A stretch of DNA of 64,000 bases from a virus (taxonomy: Duplodnaviria; Caudoviricetes), in the IMG/VR virus record IMGVR_UViG_3300014204_000169, positions 10,119 through 74,118 of that record. One strand, 5' to 3'. Made by a program: the position numbers and the translations under genes. A model generated the notes under the pieces. The model did not search any database. It saw only the letters and a program-made list of their open reading frames with translations, and was not told where the DNA came from. Below, one piece after another: positions 1 through 10,134 of the stretch (its first letter is position 1; the number at the start of each line of letters is the position of its first letter).

Positions 1-3000
1 GAATCAGCTTCTAAAAAAATTGCAAATACTTCTTGGGCACAAGCAAGATTATTAAAAGCTCAAGCAGAGAGTATGGGGATTGATTTAACTTCAAAAGGAT
101 TAGGTTCAATTAGTCCTAATAATCTTTCTTACTACTCAAATGAGGTTCAAAAAATAATTGATCAATACAAAAAGGAGCATCCTGAGTTAGTAAAAGTAAA
201 TAAGGAACTGAAGAATCAAGTAAATTGGATGAATGAGATTGCTGCTGCTGAAGCTAGGGCTTCAGGGGAATCTGAGAAATTAATACCTTATTTAACTAAA
301 TTAAATGAAGCAAAAACTAATTTAGAAGCTGCAATTAAATCAGCAAGAGAAGGTGTTGGGGATACTAATGAATTAAAAACATTATCTCAAGCAGTAAATT
401 TAGCACAGAAGAAATATGATTTGATGAAAGAGCAAGAAAAACTTAGTAAAAAAATATATAAGATGGAAAACTTATCTGCCCCTATTAGTTCTATTAGAAC
501 TATGCCTAAAGGAACTAAAGAAGGATTAGAACATCTTAGAACTCAAGGTTATCTTGGTCCAGTAGCAGAAGTACTTACTAAAAATGCTTTTGCTGCAATG
601 GATGATTGGATTAAGCAAGTTAGAGAAGCAAGAGAGATGGAGTTAGAGTTAAAGAAGAATATTATTTCTGAACAAATGAAACAATTAGATTTTGAAAAAG
701 AAATGTATCAACAGGGTATGATTTTTACTGCTGAAGAACAAAAAGCAGCAGAAATTAAAAAAGTTAATTTTGATTCAATTAATGAAAAGAAAAAATTAGA
801 ATTGCAATATCAATTAACTTCATTAGACTTGGAAAAAGAATTAGAGAATATAAGAGAACATTCTAAAACTGGTTCTGGATTCTTACCATTTTTACTTGCT
901 CAAGCCCAAGCAAAAGCTAAATTAGCAAAAACTATTTTAGAACAAGAAACAAGTAATCTTGAGATTGCTAGAATAAAGAAAACTATTGATATTGAACAAG
1001 AGTATCGTAAAGAAAAAATAATGGAACTGCGTGAAATCGCAGGAACACTATTTGATGATCTTCTTTCTGGTAATGAAAATATTTGGTCTAATTTACTAAA
1101 TTCCTTTAAGAGAGTTTTTTTAAAACCAGCAAAAGAAGCTTTTCAAAAATACTTTCAATCTCTTTTATTTAATTCAGATGGTTCAGCAAAAGGGGAAGAT
1201 AGTACTAGTACCAGCGGGGGTCTTACTGGATTTATTAGTGGACTTGTTCCAATGGCAACAAAGGTAATGGGACCATTAGCGTTAGCAGGACAAGCTGCTT
1301 TTTCTAAAAATCCTTATCTAAAAACTGCTGGTATAGTAGGTATGGCGGGTGCAGGATTAGCAGCAGCTAGTACACTTATGGTTGGTGGGGGTACTACTTT
1401 ATTCACTACTGTTTTAGCAGCAGCAGCGCCAATGATTGCGGCAGCGGCGGGGGCTGCTATGGCTGGTGTAGCAATTGCAAATGCTGTTATTGGGGATGAT
1501 AGTTATGAATCAGGATCAAAACAAATAAAAAAGGCTTTTGGTGTAAATTTTTCAGCAAAGCAATATCAAGCATTTGTTAATTCATTAGGTATGAATGAAG
1601 CTCAAGCTTGGGGAGTTAGAGCAGATCTTAATTGGTCTCCTAAAATGATTTCTGAAAATATTGCTCCATTAGCTAAAGATGCAGGAAAAATTGATCAGTT
1701 ATTAAAAGCTGCTGAAACAGCATCCGCTGGACATAATGTAGTAAATATGCGTCCTGCAATTGAGATAGGAATACTTACTAATAATTGGGATGCTCTTAAT
1801 AAAGTATTCAAAGAAACTGCTGGTTTTGCAAATCTTATTGAAAGTAAGATTCCTGGCATCACTGAAAAGTTAATGGCTGGAGAAGAAGTATTAAAACCAT
1901 ATGAACAATTAATTGTAAACTTTAATAATTTAGGTACATCTATTAAAGAAACAATTACATCTTCATCAAAGATGTATGACACATTTTTAAGTACAGGAGA
2001 TATTACAGAAAAACTTAGTAAACAAATTCAAGATGTTAATGGTAATCTTGCAGCTTTTGAGAAATTATCTAGTCTTACTAAAATAAGTACTCAGTTTTCT
2101 GAACTTATTACTAATTTTATTAATACTGGAGAGGTCACAGAAGAACTTACAAAGATTATTACTGATTTTGGAGGTAGTGTTGAGTTATTAAGTCAGATGG
2201 ATATTGCTAGTGGGATGTCTGAATCTGTTACTTTTATATCCAATCTTGTTTCTGAGTTAAAGAATCTTGCTCCTGAACTTGACCCAATTAATCAGATTCT
2301 TTCTGGAAAAATTGGTACTGAAGCTTTAGCTGCATTAAATCAAGCTGGGCTTGATGTAGAACAAATTACTAAACTCACTAATGCAATTAATGCTAAAAAT
2401 GTTCTAGGTGATTTAGAAGCTTTCCCTAGAATGACTGAAGATATTAAGAATGCTTTATTAAATTATGGTGGGGATGCTGGAGCTACAGCAATAGCAAATT
2501 ACGCTAATGGTATTAATACTATTACAACAGACTTATTAAAATCTGTTACAGAATCAATGAATGCTGCATTTTATGCAGAACTTAGTAATGTTACTTCCTA
2601 TTTAACTGAAACACAAACAACAATGGAAGATACATTAAAAACATTAATGGAAAACATTAATGCTCAATTTACTACTGTTGGAGATGCTATTACAGCATCG
2701 ATTGATATTGCTAAACAAGCTGTTGTTGATGCAATAAATCAAATAATATTGAGTATTGCAACTACTGAAGGGGGAGCAGCGGCAGCAACATCTTCTTTAT
2801 GGAATGGGGCTATCGCTGTAGGATCAACTAATACAACTTCAGAAAGCACTACATGGCCAGGATATACAATGTCTCCTGAAGAACAAGCTCAAAAACTTTG
2901 GCAGATTCAGAATAATATACCTACTCTTGCTGAAGGTGGTTCTGTTGCAAAAACTGGTTGGGCGGTGGTTCATGAAGGTGAAACATATAGTGGTATTGGG

Positions 3001-3129
3001 AAATCTTTAGGAAAAGGTGATATACATATACACTTAGAAGGTGCTACAATAAATGGTGTAGATGATTTAGATAATAAGTTAATGTTATCAGCAAAGAGAT
3101 TACGAAATCGTGGATTTGCTTTTGCCTAG
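1..3129 (+). CDS. Tail tape measure protein (5' end outside window)
   Basis: Frame open from base 1; long helical Ala/Leu/Lys-rich protein with glycine-rich hydrophobic middle segment and C-terminal IPTLAEGGSV...AVVHEGE motif typical of TMPs; followed by tail-tip gene. Confidence 0.85.
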   Translation, partial: ESASKKIANTSWAQARLLKAQAESMGIDLTSKGLGSISPNNLSYYSNEVQKIIDQYKKEHPELVKVNKELKNQVNWMNEIAAAEARASGESEKLIPYLTKLNEAKTNLEAAIKSAREGVGDTNELKTLSQAVNLAQKKYDLMKEQEKLSKKIYKMENLSAPISSIRTMPKGTKEGLEHLRTQGYLGPVAEVLTKNAFAAMDDWIKQVREAREMELELKKNIISEQMKQLDFEKEMYQQGMIFTAEEQKAAEIKKVNFDSINEKKKLELQYQLTSLDLEKELENIREHSKTGSGFLPFLLAQAQAKAKLAKTILEQETSNLEIARIKKTIDIEQEYRKEKIMELREIAGTLFDDLLSGNENIWSNLLNSFKRVFLKPAKEAFQKYFQSLLFNSDGSAKGEDSTSTSGGLTGFISGLVPMATKVMGPLALAGQAAFSKNPYLKTAGIVGMAGAGLAAASTLMVGGGTTLFTTVLAAAAPMIAAAAGAAMAGVAIANAVIGDDSYESGSKQIKKAFGVNFSAKQYQAFVNSLGMNEAQAWGVRADLNWSPKMISENIAPLAKDAGKIDQLLKAAETASAGHNVVNMRPAIEIGILTNNWDALNKVFKETAGFANLIESKIPGITEKLMAGEEVLKPYEQLIVNFNNLGTSIKETITSSSKMYDTFLSTGDITEKLSKQIQDVNGNLAAFEKLSSLTKISTQFSELITNFINTGEVTEELTKIITDFGGSVELLSQMDIASGMSESVTFISNLVSELKNLAPELDPINQILSGKIGTEALAALNQAGLDVEQITKLTNAINAKNVLGDLEAFPRMTEDIKNALLNYGGDAGATAIANYANGINTITTDLLKSVTESMNAAFYAELSNVTSYLTETQTTMEDTLKTLMENINAQFTTVGDAITASIDIAKQAVVDAINQIILSIATTEGGAAAATSSLWNGAIAVGSTNTTSESTTWPGYTMSPEEQAQKLWQIQNNIPTLAEGGSVAKTGWAVVHEGETYSGIGKSLGKGDIHIHLEGATINGVDDLDNKLMLSAKRLRNRGFAFA

Positions 3130-3138
3130 GATTTAATA

Positions 3139-6100
3139 ATGACTTGGACTCCAGATACAACACCAGCATCTAGGACATTCCCACTATCTGCAAGTGATGA
3201 ACAATTTCCACTTTTACAGGGTGAAGCTAGTGTTGTACCTACACCTACAGGAGCTGAAGCATTAAAATTTTATGTTGATTGGAATAACAATTTAATGTTT
3301 GACCACGCATATTCAGATATTTCTGATTATGTACAAAGTGTGTCTTGGTCAAGAGGTAGATCTGGACCATCTCCTCAATATGATGTTGCTGGAACAATGC
3401 AACTTAACTTATTAAATAATACTGCTATTTTTTCATCTTTTAATACAGCAAGTCCTATTTATGGATTAATACTTCCAAATTTAAGAGTAAAAATTACTTC
3501 TCAAATTGGCAGCGGTTCAATAGAAATAGTAGGTTTATTTAAACTTGATTCTATTATTCCAGAAACAGGCTCTTGTAAAAATGAAGGAACAGCAACACTT
3601 GCTGCATCTGGAGTTATTTCAAGATTTACTAAAGGTAAAGTAAATATAGCTTTACTTAATAATGCTCCTACAGGAAATCATGTTGAATTAATCCTAGATA
3701 ACTATGGTGTCCATCCTTCCGAAAGAATCGTTGACACCGGATTATCTACTATTAGCAAATGGTGGTTTTCTAAAGATAGTTCATACCTTGAAGAACTTCA
3801 TGCAATTCAAGATGCTGAATGTGGTCGTTTTAGAGGAGATCGAAAAGGAAATCATGTTTTTGATGATCGAGCACATTCATATAATCCACCAAATGATGTT
3901 GCTCAAGTAATATATGGTACTAGTGGGCTTGGTTTATGGGATGTTCAGCAATTTGATCCTATTGAAAATATTTATAATTATGCTACTGGAAAAGTAAAAG
4001 TATTTAATACATCAGAAGATATGATCCTTACTATAATTTCTGATGTTGTTGGTAATTCAGGTGGAACTCCTCCTATTGTTCCTGGCAATGGTACTTTAAC
4101 AGTTAGATTTGAATGTCCTTGTCCAGGCAGTCCTTCAGAAGTTAAATCAGTAGATTCTTGGAGTATTGTAGATCTTGAAGGAAACACTAATGCTGCTGGT
4201 ACTGGAACGGATATTACTACAGATTTATCTTATGTAAAAACTGAATATGGTCAAAAATTAGAAGTAGTAATAACAAATGTAAATGCATTACCTGCACATC
4301 TTATTATGTTAAGAGCCCATGGTGTTGCAATTGTTGAAGGTGATGTTACAGAAATTATATCTCAAGATACAACTAGTATTACCAAATATGGGAAAAGAGA
4401 ATTTCCAAATATTAATGAGTGGGACACTAATCTTGAAGATGCTCAAGCTAGATTAGATTATTTAATTGCAATTAATAAAGACCCAAAACCAAGAATACAG
4501 TTTACTGTTAAAGGTGTTAATGAACTCCATCTAGTAGAAATGCAAAAGCGTGAACTAGGAGATAGGATACATGTTAATGCATCTCTTGCGGCTACTGGAT
4601 TAGCCATTGATGCTGATTTTATTGTTGATCATATACAACACGCAAAAGACATAAATTCTTTACATACAATGCAAATTACATGTACTTTTGCTCCAACAAT
4701 ACAACTTGCAAAGAGTGGGACGGCTTACACGCCGAAAGTAATTCCAACGGCTACGAAAGATTTCGTCCTTCCCGGAGTGCCTATTTCGTTGAGCGTTGAG
4801 GCTTCTACCTATAAATTTGTAGTACAGTGGGTAGATCCAGCAACGGGCAATCTGACCCTATTCGATAGTTGCGTGCAATTCGCCTCTGATGCCGCATTCA
4901 CGACCGATGTAACTACTCGTTATGGATTAGGATATGTAAATAATTACACGTTCTCTTTTCCGCTTAAGACTCGCTATTTCCGGGTGGCGATGTACAACGA
5001 GTCTGGACTAGCCTCAAATGCCACTACAAAGGCCGCTATCGTTGCGGCTGGCGGAAGCGCTGATTATGGCTGGGGTCCATTTTGCGCCGTATCTGCGGCT
5101 GTCACAACTGCAGGACTGCTTACAACAGACGTTGCCCCAAACACACTTGTTCCTGCAAATATGAACATTTCCCTGCGCGGGTGGACGCTCACTTGCGTAT
5201 TTTCTGCCCTCGACGCCGATACCGTTCAATGGACATCGGGAACTTTCACGGCAGCGGATGGTACGCCATATGCCATAAGCGCTGGAAATACCGGCAATAT
5301 GGCAGCGGTAACGCATATCTACCTAGACATAAATATATCTACCACGGCATTGCAAGTGACCGCTAATGCAGCGTTATCATTGGGGATTGGTCGCGTACAG
5401 GTTGGGGTGGCTATCAATCAAACATCCCGCGCAACATTCCAAATATTTGGAGGTGTTGGCGGAATTAATCTGCTTGTTGACAATTTGGTCTCCAATGCGG
5501 CCAGCGTGAACGAATTCATATCAAATACGGCCCAAATTGCCAATCTTATTGTGACCAATGCCAAAATAGCGGGACTATCTGTTGATAAGCTGACCGCAGG
5601 GGCGATCACTTCGAAAATCATAGAACTTGTTCTTGATCCAGGTAATGGTGACGCTGCAATCCGATTAGGAAAGACGGATTTTGGAGACGATACGCATTCA
5701 GGATTCATTCTTGGGGCCGACGATAGCGATAGCGATAAGCCAAAGTTTGAAATCGGTTCAAGCGCTACAAAGAAGCTTTCTTATGACGGCACTGACCTTG
5801 CGCTTATCGGTGGAACTGTTACCGGCGGGACGCTCCAGACGGAAGCAACTGCATCCAGGGGTTTTAAAATAACATCGACTGGCTTCAAGGGATACGATGG
5901 GGCTGGCGCTGAAACGCTGTCTTATACAGCATTAACTGGAGCAATCGCGCTCACGGGCTCAATAACCGCAGGAGTAGGATCAACTATTGCAGCGACGTAT
6001 TTATCGGGCCAGATCATTGATAGTCAGATTGCACCGGGAGCCGTTCTTGGTAGCTCTGGAGATCCTGCGGCACCAGATTTTACAGCAGGAACCCTTACTC

Positions 6101-6387
6101 TTGATAATAACTGGCACGATTTAGATCTTAGCGCAATCGTTCCTGCTGGGCGAAATTTTGTTCTTCTTCGCGTCTTTCTTTCCGCCGTATCGACGACGAC
6201 TAAATCGGTGTTCTTTCGAAAAAATGGCAACTCTAATGCCGTAAATGTCAGCAGTATATCGGCCTATGCCGGACAAGTTGCCTATGCGGATGTGATCGTT
6301 CCAATGGACGCCAATCGCGTGATTGAATACGAGGGCGTGGCAAGTCCATATGCTCTTGAAATAACCATTGGTGGATGGTTCACGTAG
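3139..6387 (+). CDS. Tail tip/hub protein fused to receptor-binding or central fibre region
   Basis: 1082 aa directly after TMP; N-half resembles distal tail/hub (WSRGR...GTMQLNLLN); C-half has FN3-like segment and IANLIVTNAKIAGLSVDKLTAG repeat seen in J-like tail proteins. Confidence 0.7.
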   Translation: MTWTPDTTPASRTFPLSASDEQFPLLQGEASVVPTPTGAEALKFYVDWNNNLMFDHAYSDISDYVQSVSWSRGRSGPSPQYDVAGTMQLNLLNNTAIFSSFNTASPIYGLILPNLRVKITSQIGSGSIEIVGLFKLDSIIPETGSCKNEGTATLAASGVISRFTKGKVNIALLNNAPTGNHVELILDNYGVHPSERIVDTGLSTISKWWFSKDSSYLEELHAIQDAECGRFRGDRKGNHVFDDRAHSYNPPNDVAQVIYGTSGLGLWDVQQFDPIENIYNYATGKVKVFNTSEDMILTIISDVVGNSGGTPPIVPGNGTLTVRFECPCPGSPSEVKSVDSWSIVDLEGNTNAAGTGTDITTDLSYVKTEYGQKLEVVITNVNALPAHLIMLRAHGVAIVEGDVTEIISQDTTSITKYGKREFPNINEWDTNLEDAQARLDYLIAINKDPKPRIQFTVKGVNELHLVEMQKRELGDRIHVNASLAATGLAIDADFIVDHIQHAKDINSLHTMQITCTFAPTIQLAKSGTAYTPKVIPTATKDFVLPGVPISLSVEASTYKFVVQWVDPATGNLTLFDSCVQFASDAAFTTDVTTRYGLGYVNNYTFSFPLKTRYFRVAMYNESGLASNATTKAAIVAAGGSADYGWGPFCAVSAAVTTAGLLTTDVAPNTLVPANMNISLRGWTLTCVFSALDADTVQWTSGTFTAADGTPYAISAGNTGNMAAVTHIYLDINISTTALQVTANAALSLGIGRVQVGVAINQTSRATFQIFGGVGGINLLVDNLVSNAASVNEFISNTAQIANLIVTNAKIAGLSVDKLTAGAITSKIIELVLDPGNGDAAIRLGKTDFGDDTHSGFILGADDSDSDKPKFEIGSSATKKLSYDGTDLALIGGTVTGGTLQTEATASRGFKITSTGFKGYDGAGAETLSYTALTGAIALTGSITAGVGSTIAATYLSGQIIDSQIAPGAVLGSSGDPAAPDFTAGTLTLDNNWHDLDLSAIVPAGRNFVLLRVFLSAVSTTTKSVFFRKNGNSNAVNVSSISAYAGQVAYADVIVPMDANRVIEYEGVASPYALEITIGGWFT

Positions 6388-6394
6388 AGGAATT

Positions 6395-6691
6395 ATGAAT
6401 CTTATAGCTAAAGCACAAGACGTGACCATTGGATATATCGAAATTGACAAGTGGACACTAGATCCTATTACGGAACGCCTCGTCATTTGGTTTCATCTAA
6501 ATGACCATCCGATGCTTCATTATCAATTTGGTCAAGATATTACGGCATCTCTTTGGGTTCTACTCGATGTTGACGCCGGAGTCGATGAAGACAAAGCAAA
6601 AGCTTTGTTAATGGCAGAAAAACCTGCATTTAATTCGGTCGCGCGGGTTGCTTGGAATTTACCGTTTCTTATTGTTGAGCAGGAAAATTGA
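6395..6691 (+). CDS. Hypothetical protein (tail-associated)
   Basis: ATG 6395 with AGAGG RBS; inside tail module. Confidence 0.65.
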   Translation: MNLIAKAQDVTIGYIEIDKWTLDPITERLVIWFHLNDHPMLHYQFGQDITASLWVLLDVDAGVDEDKAKALLMAEKPAFNSVARVAWNLPFLIVEQEN

Positions 6692-6710
6692 CAGAAAATA
6701 GGAGAGCACT

Positions 6711-6965
6711 ATGGTTGAACGCAGAAATCACTGGTTGCAGACACTCTCAATAGTAATCCCGCTAATCATCACGATGATCGGGCTGGCGATAGCATCGGAA
6801 CACAGAATCACTATCGTTGAATCCGGTCTGGATGAGATGAAGACTCAAACAGCCATACTTGCCAGCAATCAAAGAATGGTCATGGAAACACTGGCAAAAA
6901 CCACGGCAATCATGGACATGATGTGCAAGAGACACGAAATAGAGGACACGAAAGGAAAACAATGA
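6711..6965 (+). CDS. Single-TM coiled-coil membrane protein (holin/XhlA-like)
   Basis: AGGAG RBS; N-terminal TM helix then heptad pattern. Confidence 0.55.
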   Translation: MVERRNHWLQTLSIVIPLIITMIGLAIASEHRITIVESGLDEMKTQTAILASNQRMVMETLAKTTAIMDMMCKRHEIEDTKGKQ

Positions 6966-7138
6966 TGCTATCAAAAATATTATTAATCTCCTCTCTTCTA
7001 TTCGGCATGGGTGGATGGTTAGCAACATTGCCGACTTGGAGCGCTGCATTGACTCCGATATCCATGGGCGGGTTATTTATGATTATTGGCTCCATAGTTG
7101 CTGCATGGCTTGGGCAATCTCCAATTAAAGGAAAGTAG
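6962..7138 (+). CDS. Small two-TM holin-like protein
   Basis: ATGATG dual start overlapping upstream stop; two hydrophobic helices and basic C-terminus (PIKGK). Confidence 0.55.
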   Translation: MMLSKILLISSLLFGMGGWLATLPTWSAALTPISMGGLFMIIGSIVAAWLGQSPIKGK

Positions 7139-7143
7139 GATTT

Positions 7144-9060
7144 ATGGCTACTCGCTGGACAACGCTGACATATACCACTGCAAGCATTGCCGGGGGCGCA
7201 AGCCTTGTGGTTAATAGCACAATTGATGCCGTGAATATTGACATTGGCCTGATTGCCGTGCTGCCAAGCATAAATTCCGGCACAACCACGTTCGGGATCT
7301 ACAAAAAAGATACCTGTCTTGATTCGGACATGGTTTACCAGAACACAAAGGCAGGAAACCTCTATGACCCCATCCAGCGAGTAGGAGTAACCGAGCAAAC
7401 AAGAAACGAGTTCCTTGTTGCTAAATATGACGACCTGGATGACTCACTGGAACTACATCAGAAGATCACAAACACGAGCGCGGATGCAAAGACCTATGAC
7501 GTAACGATTGTCTATGTCAAGCATTCAGGAGCTGCTGAAACGAAATCTTTGACGGATTTCGGAGCAGACGCAACTGGAACGGTATCGGCTATTGCGGCAT
7601 TGACGGCGGCAGAGGCAGCCGGGAAACCGCTGATTATTCCTTATGGGACATTTTTGATTGACGCTAACATTACGGTGTCAATTTCCTTAATCTACGAAGG
7701 CGGTCAATTTACCTCCTCCAACGCCTCAACCCTAACCCTCACCGACCCTCAGAGTGGGAGTGATGGGCAGAGGTTTGCGGGGAATCTTGTAGTGGCTGGG
7801 CTCACAAAATCAAACCCAGTTTATTTTGGCGCAGTAGGTAATGGCACAACGGACGATAGCGATAAATTGATTTCCGCATTTTCTTCCGTGGCCACCAATC
7901 ATGGCTTAGTGGAATTCGGGATAGGAATATTTCGGATTACCAAAACCATCCCCACAACTAGTATTGTTCTTCGGGGTATTAACAGAGATAAGAGTCTGAT
8001 CTTTTTGGATTATGATGGCATTGGACTAAGCGTAACAACAGATTCATTATCTCATTTCGAAATGCATGATATCGGCATCGTTGGCGAAACAGCATTTACG
8101 TGGTCGTTGACTACAGCAACAAGCCAGATAGCAGTGCTGATATCTAAGAGCCACAAATACATAATTGATAATTGCCAGTTTTATCATCTCGATAATGCGA
8201 TCAAAGTATATGGCGGTGCGTATTATGGGGTTATCGAAAAAAACCTCTTCCGGACAAATAAGACAAGCATGTACCTGTTAGCGGATACTCCCACAGCAGA
8301 TGCCCCTAATGAAGCCAATATAATTTTCAATCAATTCGATATTTGGCCGGTATCCGTCGGAGGTCCAGGATCGACAATTGGGCTAAAGGTTGAAGGCGTA
8401 GCAGCCGCGGCATCCTCACATATCAAGGTTATTGGAAATGGTTTTGAAAATGTTGCTAATGGCATTAAGCTAATTAATGCATGGGATGGGCAGTATTTAG
8501 ATAACAGGTTTGAAGATGTAACAACATATATGGATGGCGACTCGGGAAGTGGGCGGAATTTCGTCCAGAGCAGCATGTATTTAGATCCATTAAAGTTTGT
8601 ATTTGCAATTGGAGCCCCAAATACAAATACTTTAGTTATTCCTAACAGCAATGGAATCTATGACTGGAAAGGAACTGTCAATGGGGAAACAATCCCTCCT
8701 GTCGTAACTGCGTGGACTCCGGTTGACGCGAGCGGCGCATCGCTTGTATTTACAGCTGCAGTGGGAACTTATTTAAAGACAGGCAAACAAGTGACTGCGT
8801 TTTTTTCGGTGGAGTACCCATCTACAGCTGATGCATCTCAAGCAAAAATAGGGGGATTGCCTTTTGCAGCAGTTGCCGGAGCGACCAATCCGTCTGGGGG
8901 GAATCTAGGCATTAACACCTCGGCCTCTCTTGTGTGTCCAATTGTCGTCGGGGGTGAGTCGTATTTTATAATGTCAGTAATATCCACCAGCAGTGGCGCA
9001 ACAAACGCAAATTTAAGTACTGCTTATTTGCGCGGATTTGTGACATACTTTACAAATTAA
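7144..9060 (+). CDS. Tailspike / depolymerase with pectate-lyase-3-like beta-helix
   Basis: Two entry motifs (SLTDFGADATG; NPVYFGAVGNGTTDDS), Asn/Gly-rich beta-helix pattern, C-terminal WTPVDASG...GTYLKTGKQV fibre-tip domain. Confidence 0.8.
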   Translation: MATRWTTLTYTTASIAGGASLVVNSTIDAVNIDIGLIAVLPSINSGTTTFGIYKKDTCLDSDMVYQNTKAGNLYDPIQRVGVTEQTRNEFLVAKYDDLDDSLELHQKITNTSADAKTYDVTIVYVKHSGAAETKSLTDFGADATGTVSAIAALTAAEAAGKPLIIPYGTFLIDANITVSISLIYEGGQFTSSNASTLTLTDPQSGSDGQRFAGNLVVAGLTKSNPVYFGAVGNGTTDDSDKLISAFSSVATNHGLVEFGIGIFRITKTIPTTSIVLRGINRDKSLIFLDYDGIGLSVTTDSLSHFEMHDIGIVGETAFTWSLTTATSQIAVLISKSHKYIIDNCQFYHLDNAIKVYGGAYYGVIEKNLFRTNKTSMYLLADTPTADAPNEANIIFNQFDIWPVSVGGPGSTIGLKVEGVAAAASSHIKVIGNGFENVANGIKLINAWDGQYLDNRFEDVTTYMDGDSGSGRNFVQSSMYLDPLKFVFAIGAPNTNTLVIPNSNGIYDWKGTVNGETIPPVVTAWTPVDASGASLVFTAAVGTYLKTGKQVTAFFSVEYPSTADASQAKIGGLPFAAVAGATNPSGGNLGINTSASLVCPIVVGGESYFIMSVISTSSGATNANLSTAYLRGFVTYFTN

Positions 9061-9073
9061 AAGAGAGGATTTT

Positions 9074-9205
9074 ATGAAAAGAATTTTGATGACTTCAGTT
9101 TTATGTTTGTTCTACTGCGGATGTTCACTTCAGGCCCAAGAACGTTTTGCTTTCAGCGGTGCCGGATACTATGACGGTGCGCAGGTTAAAGGTGTACTCA
9201 ATTAA
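9074..9205 (+). pseudogene. 43-aa signal-peptide/lipoprotein-like ORF, probably truncated
   Basis: GAGAGG RBS; MKRILMTSVLCLFYCGCSLQAQ... ends where GC content drops back to genome level. Confidence 0.45.
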
Positions 9206-9244
9206 TTATTTTATAGTAAAATAAAGTATTCAAGGAGAATAATC

Positions 9245-9622
9245 ATGTTTTTTCTGTTTAGTTGGTTTTCAAAAATAGGTAAAACTTTTGTAAAGCTATT
9301 CAAATCAAAAGCTGCTCAAAATGTATTAAGTATTATTATTGAGCAAATTCTACCAGAAGCTAAACCCATTGTAGCTTCTATTCAAAATATTATTAATCAC
9401 CCATCTCAAGCAACGATTGCAGATATTATTAATCTATATACTAATTTTAAACAAGAGATTGGTTATATAGAAGATAATGCTCAAGCAAAAGGAAATGCTG
9501 TATTAAATTTAGCGGTTATGTTACTAAAAGATAAACTTGGCCCTAAATATAATACACCATTGCTTGAAGCAGCTATTACTACTGCTTTAGCTTCTTTACG
9601 TGCTGAGTTAGGTTTGAAGTAG
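9245..9622 (+). CDS. Hypothetical protein (last gene of late unit; possible lysis accessory)
   Basis: AAGGAG RBS; amphipathic N-terminus; followed by terminator. Confidence 0.7.
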   Translation: MFFLFSWFSKIGKTFVKLFKSKAAQNVLSIIIEQILPEAKPIVASIQNIINHPSQATIADIINLYTNFKQEIGYIEDNAQAKGNAVLNLAVMLLKDKLGPKYNTPLLEAAITTALASLRAELGLK

Positions 9623-9645
9623 CTTTTATTTACATTCTAAGCAAA

Positions 9646-9686
9646 TAAAAAGAGCACACGGAACTTTGTGTGCTCTTTTCTTTTTG
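9646..9686. terminator. Bidirectional intrinsic terminator at convergence of + and - gene blocks
   Basis: AAAAGAGCACAC-GGAACTTT-GTGTGCTCTTTT 12-bp stem with A-tract before and T-tract after. Confidence 0.9.
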
Positions 9687-9738
9687 AAAGCTCTTAATCG
9701 TTTACAGCAGAGTTATTCAGGCAGTTATTTGATGCCGA

Positions 9739-10134
9739 CTAACACTTTTTGTCACCATGTCGATGTGGCCTAGTAGTATTGTATTCTAATTTTAAATAAA
9801 GTGCATCTATTAGCACTTGTTCAAGTTTATGTTTCCCGATAAAATCACTAATGCGAATTAATTCATCAGCAAGCTCAACACAGAAACCTTCTGGCTTATC
9901 TGGATGTGCTGAGTTTATATTGTAATAGATTTTATCTAGTGGATGTCCTCCACGATATTCTTCCAAAGCTTCAGAAAGTTCTGAATGCATTAAAGCAATT
10001 TTTTCTGGGATATTATGTTTTTTACCATCCCACCAACCATGAGATTTTGCTGTTTTATAAGATTGTTTTACTAACTCTAAAATTGACAAATCATTTCTAT
10101 CAGAACTTCTTAATTTTAATAATTCTTTCTTCAT
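9739..10134 (-). CDS. MazG-like nucleotide pyrophosphohydrolase
   Basis: IALMHSELSEALEEYR ... VELADELIRI ... KLEYNTTR all-alpha NTP-PPase motifs. Confidence 0.8.
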   Translation of the reverse strand: MKKELLKLRSSDRNDLSILELVKQSYKTAKSHGWWDGKKHNIPEKIALMHSELSEALEEYRGGHPLDKIYYNINSAHPDKPEGFCVELADELIRISDFIGKHKLEQVLIDALYLKLEYNTTRPHRHGDKKC

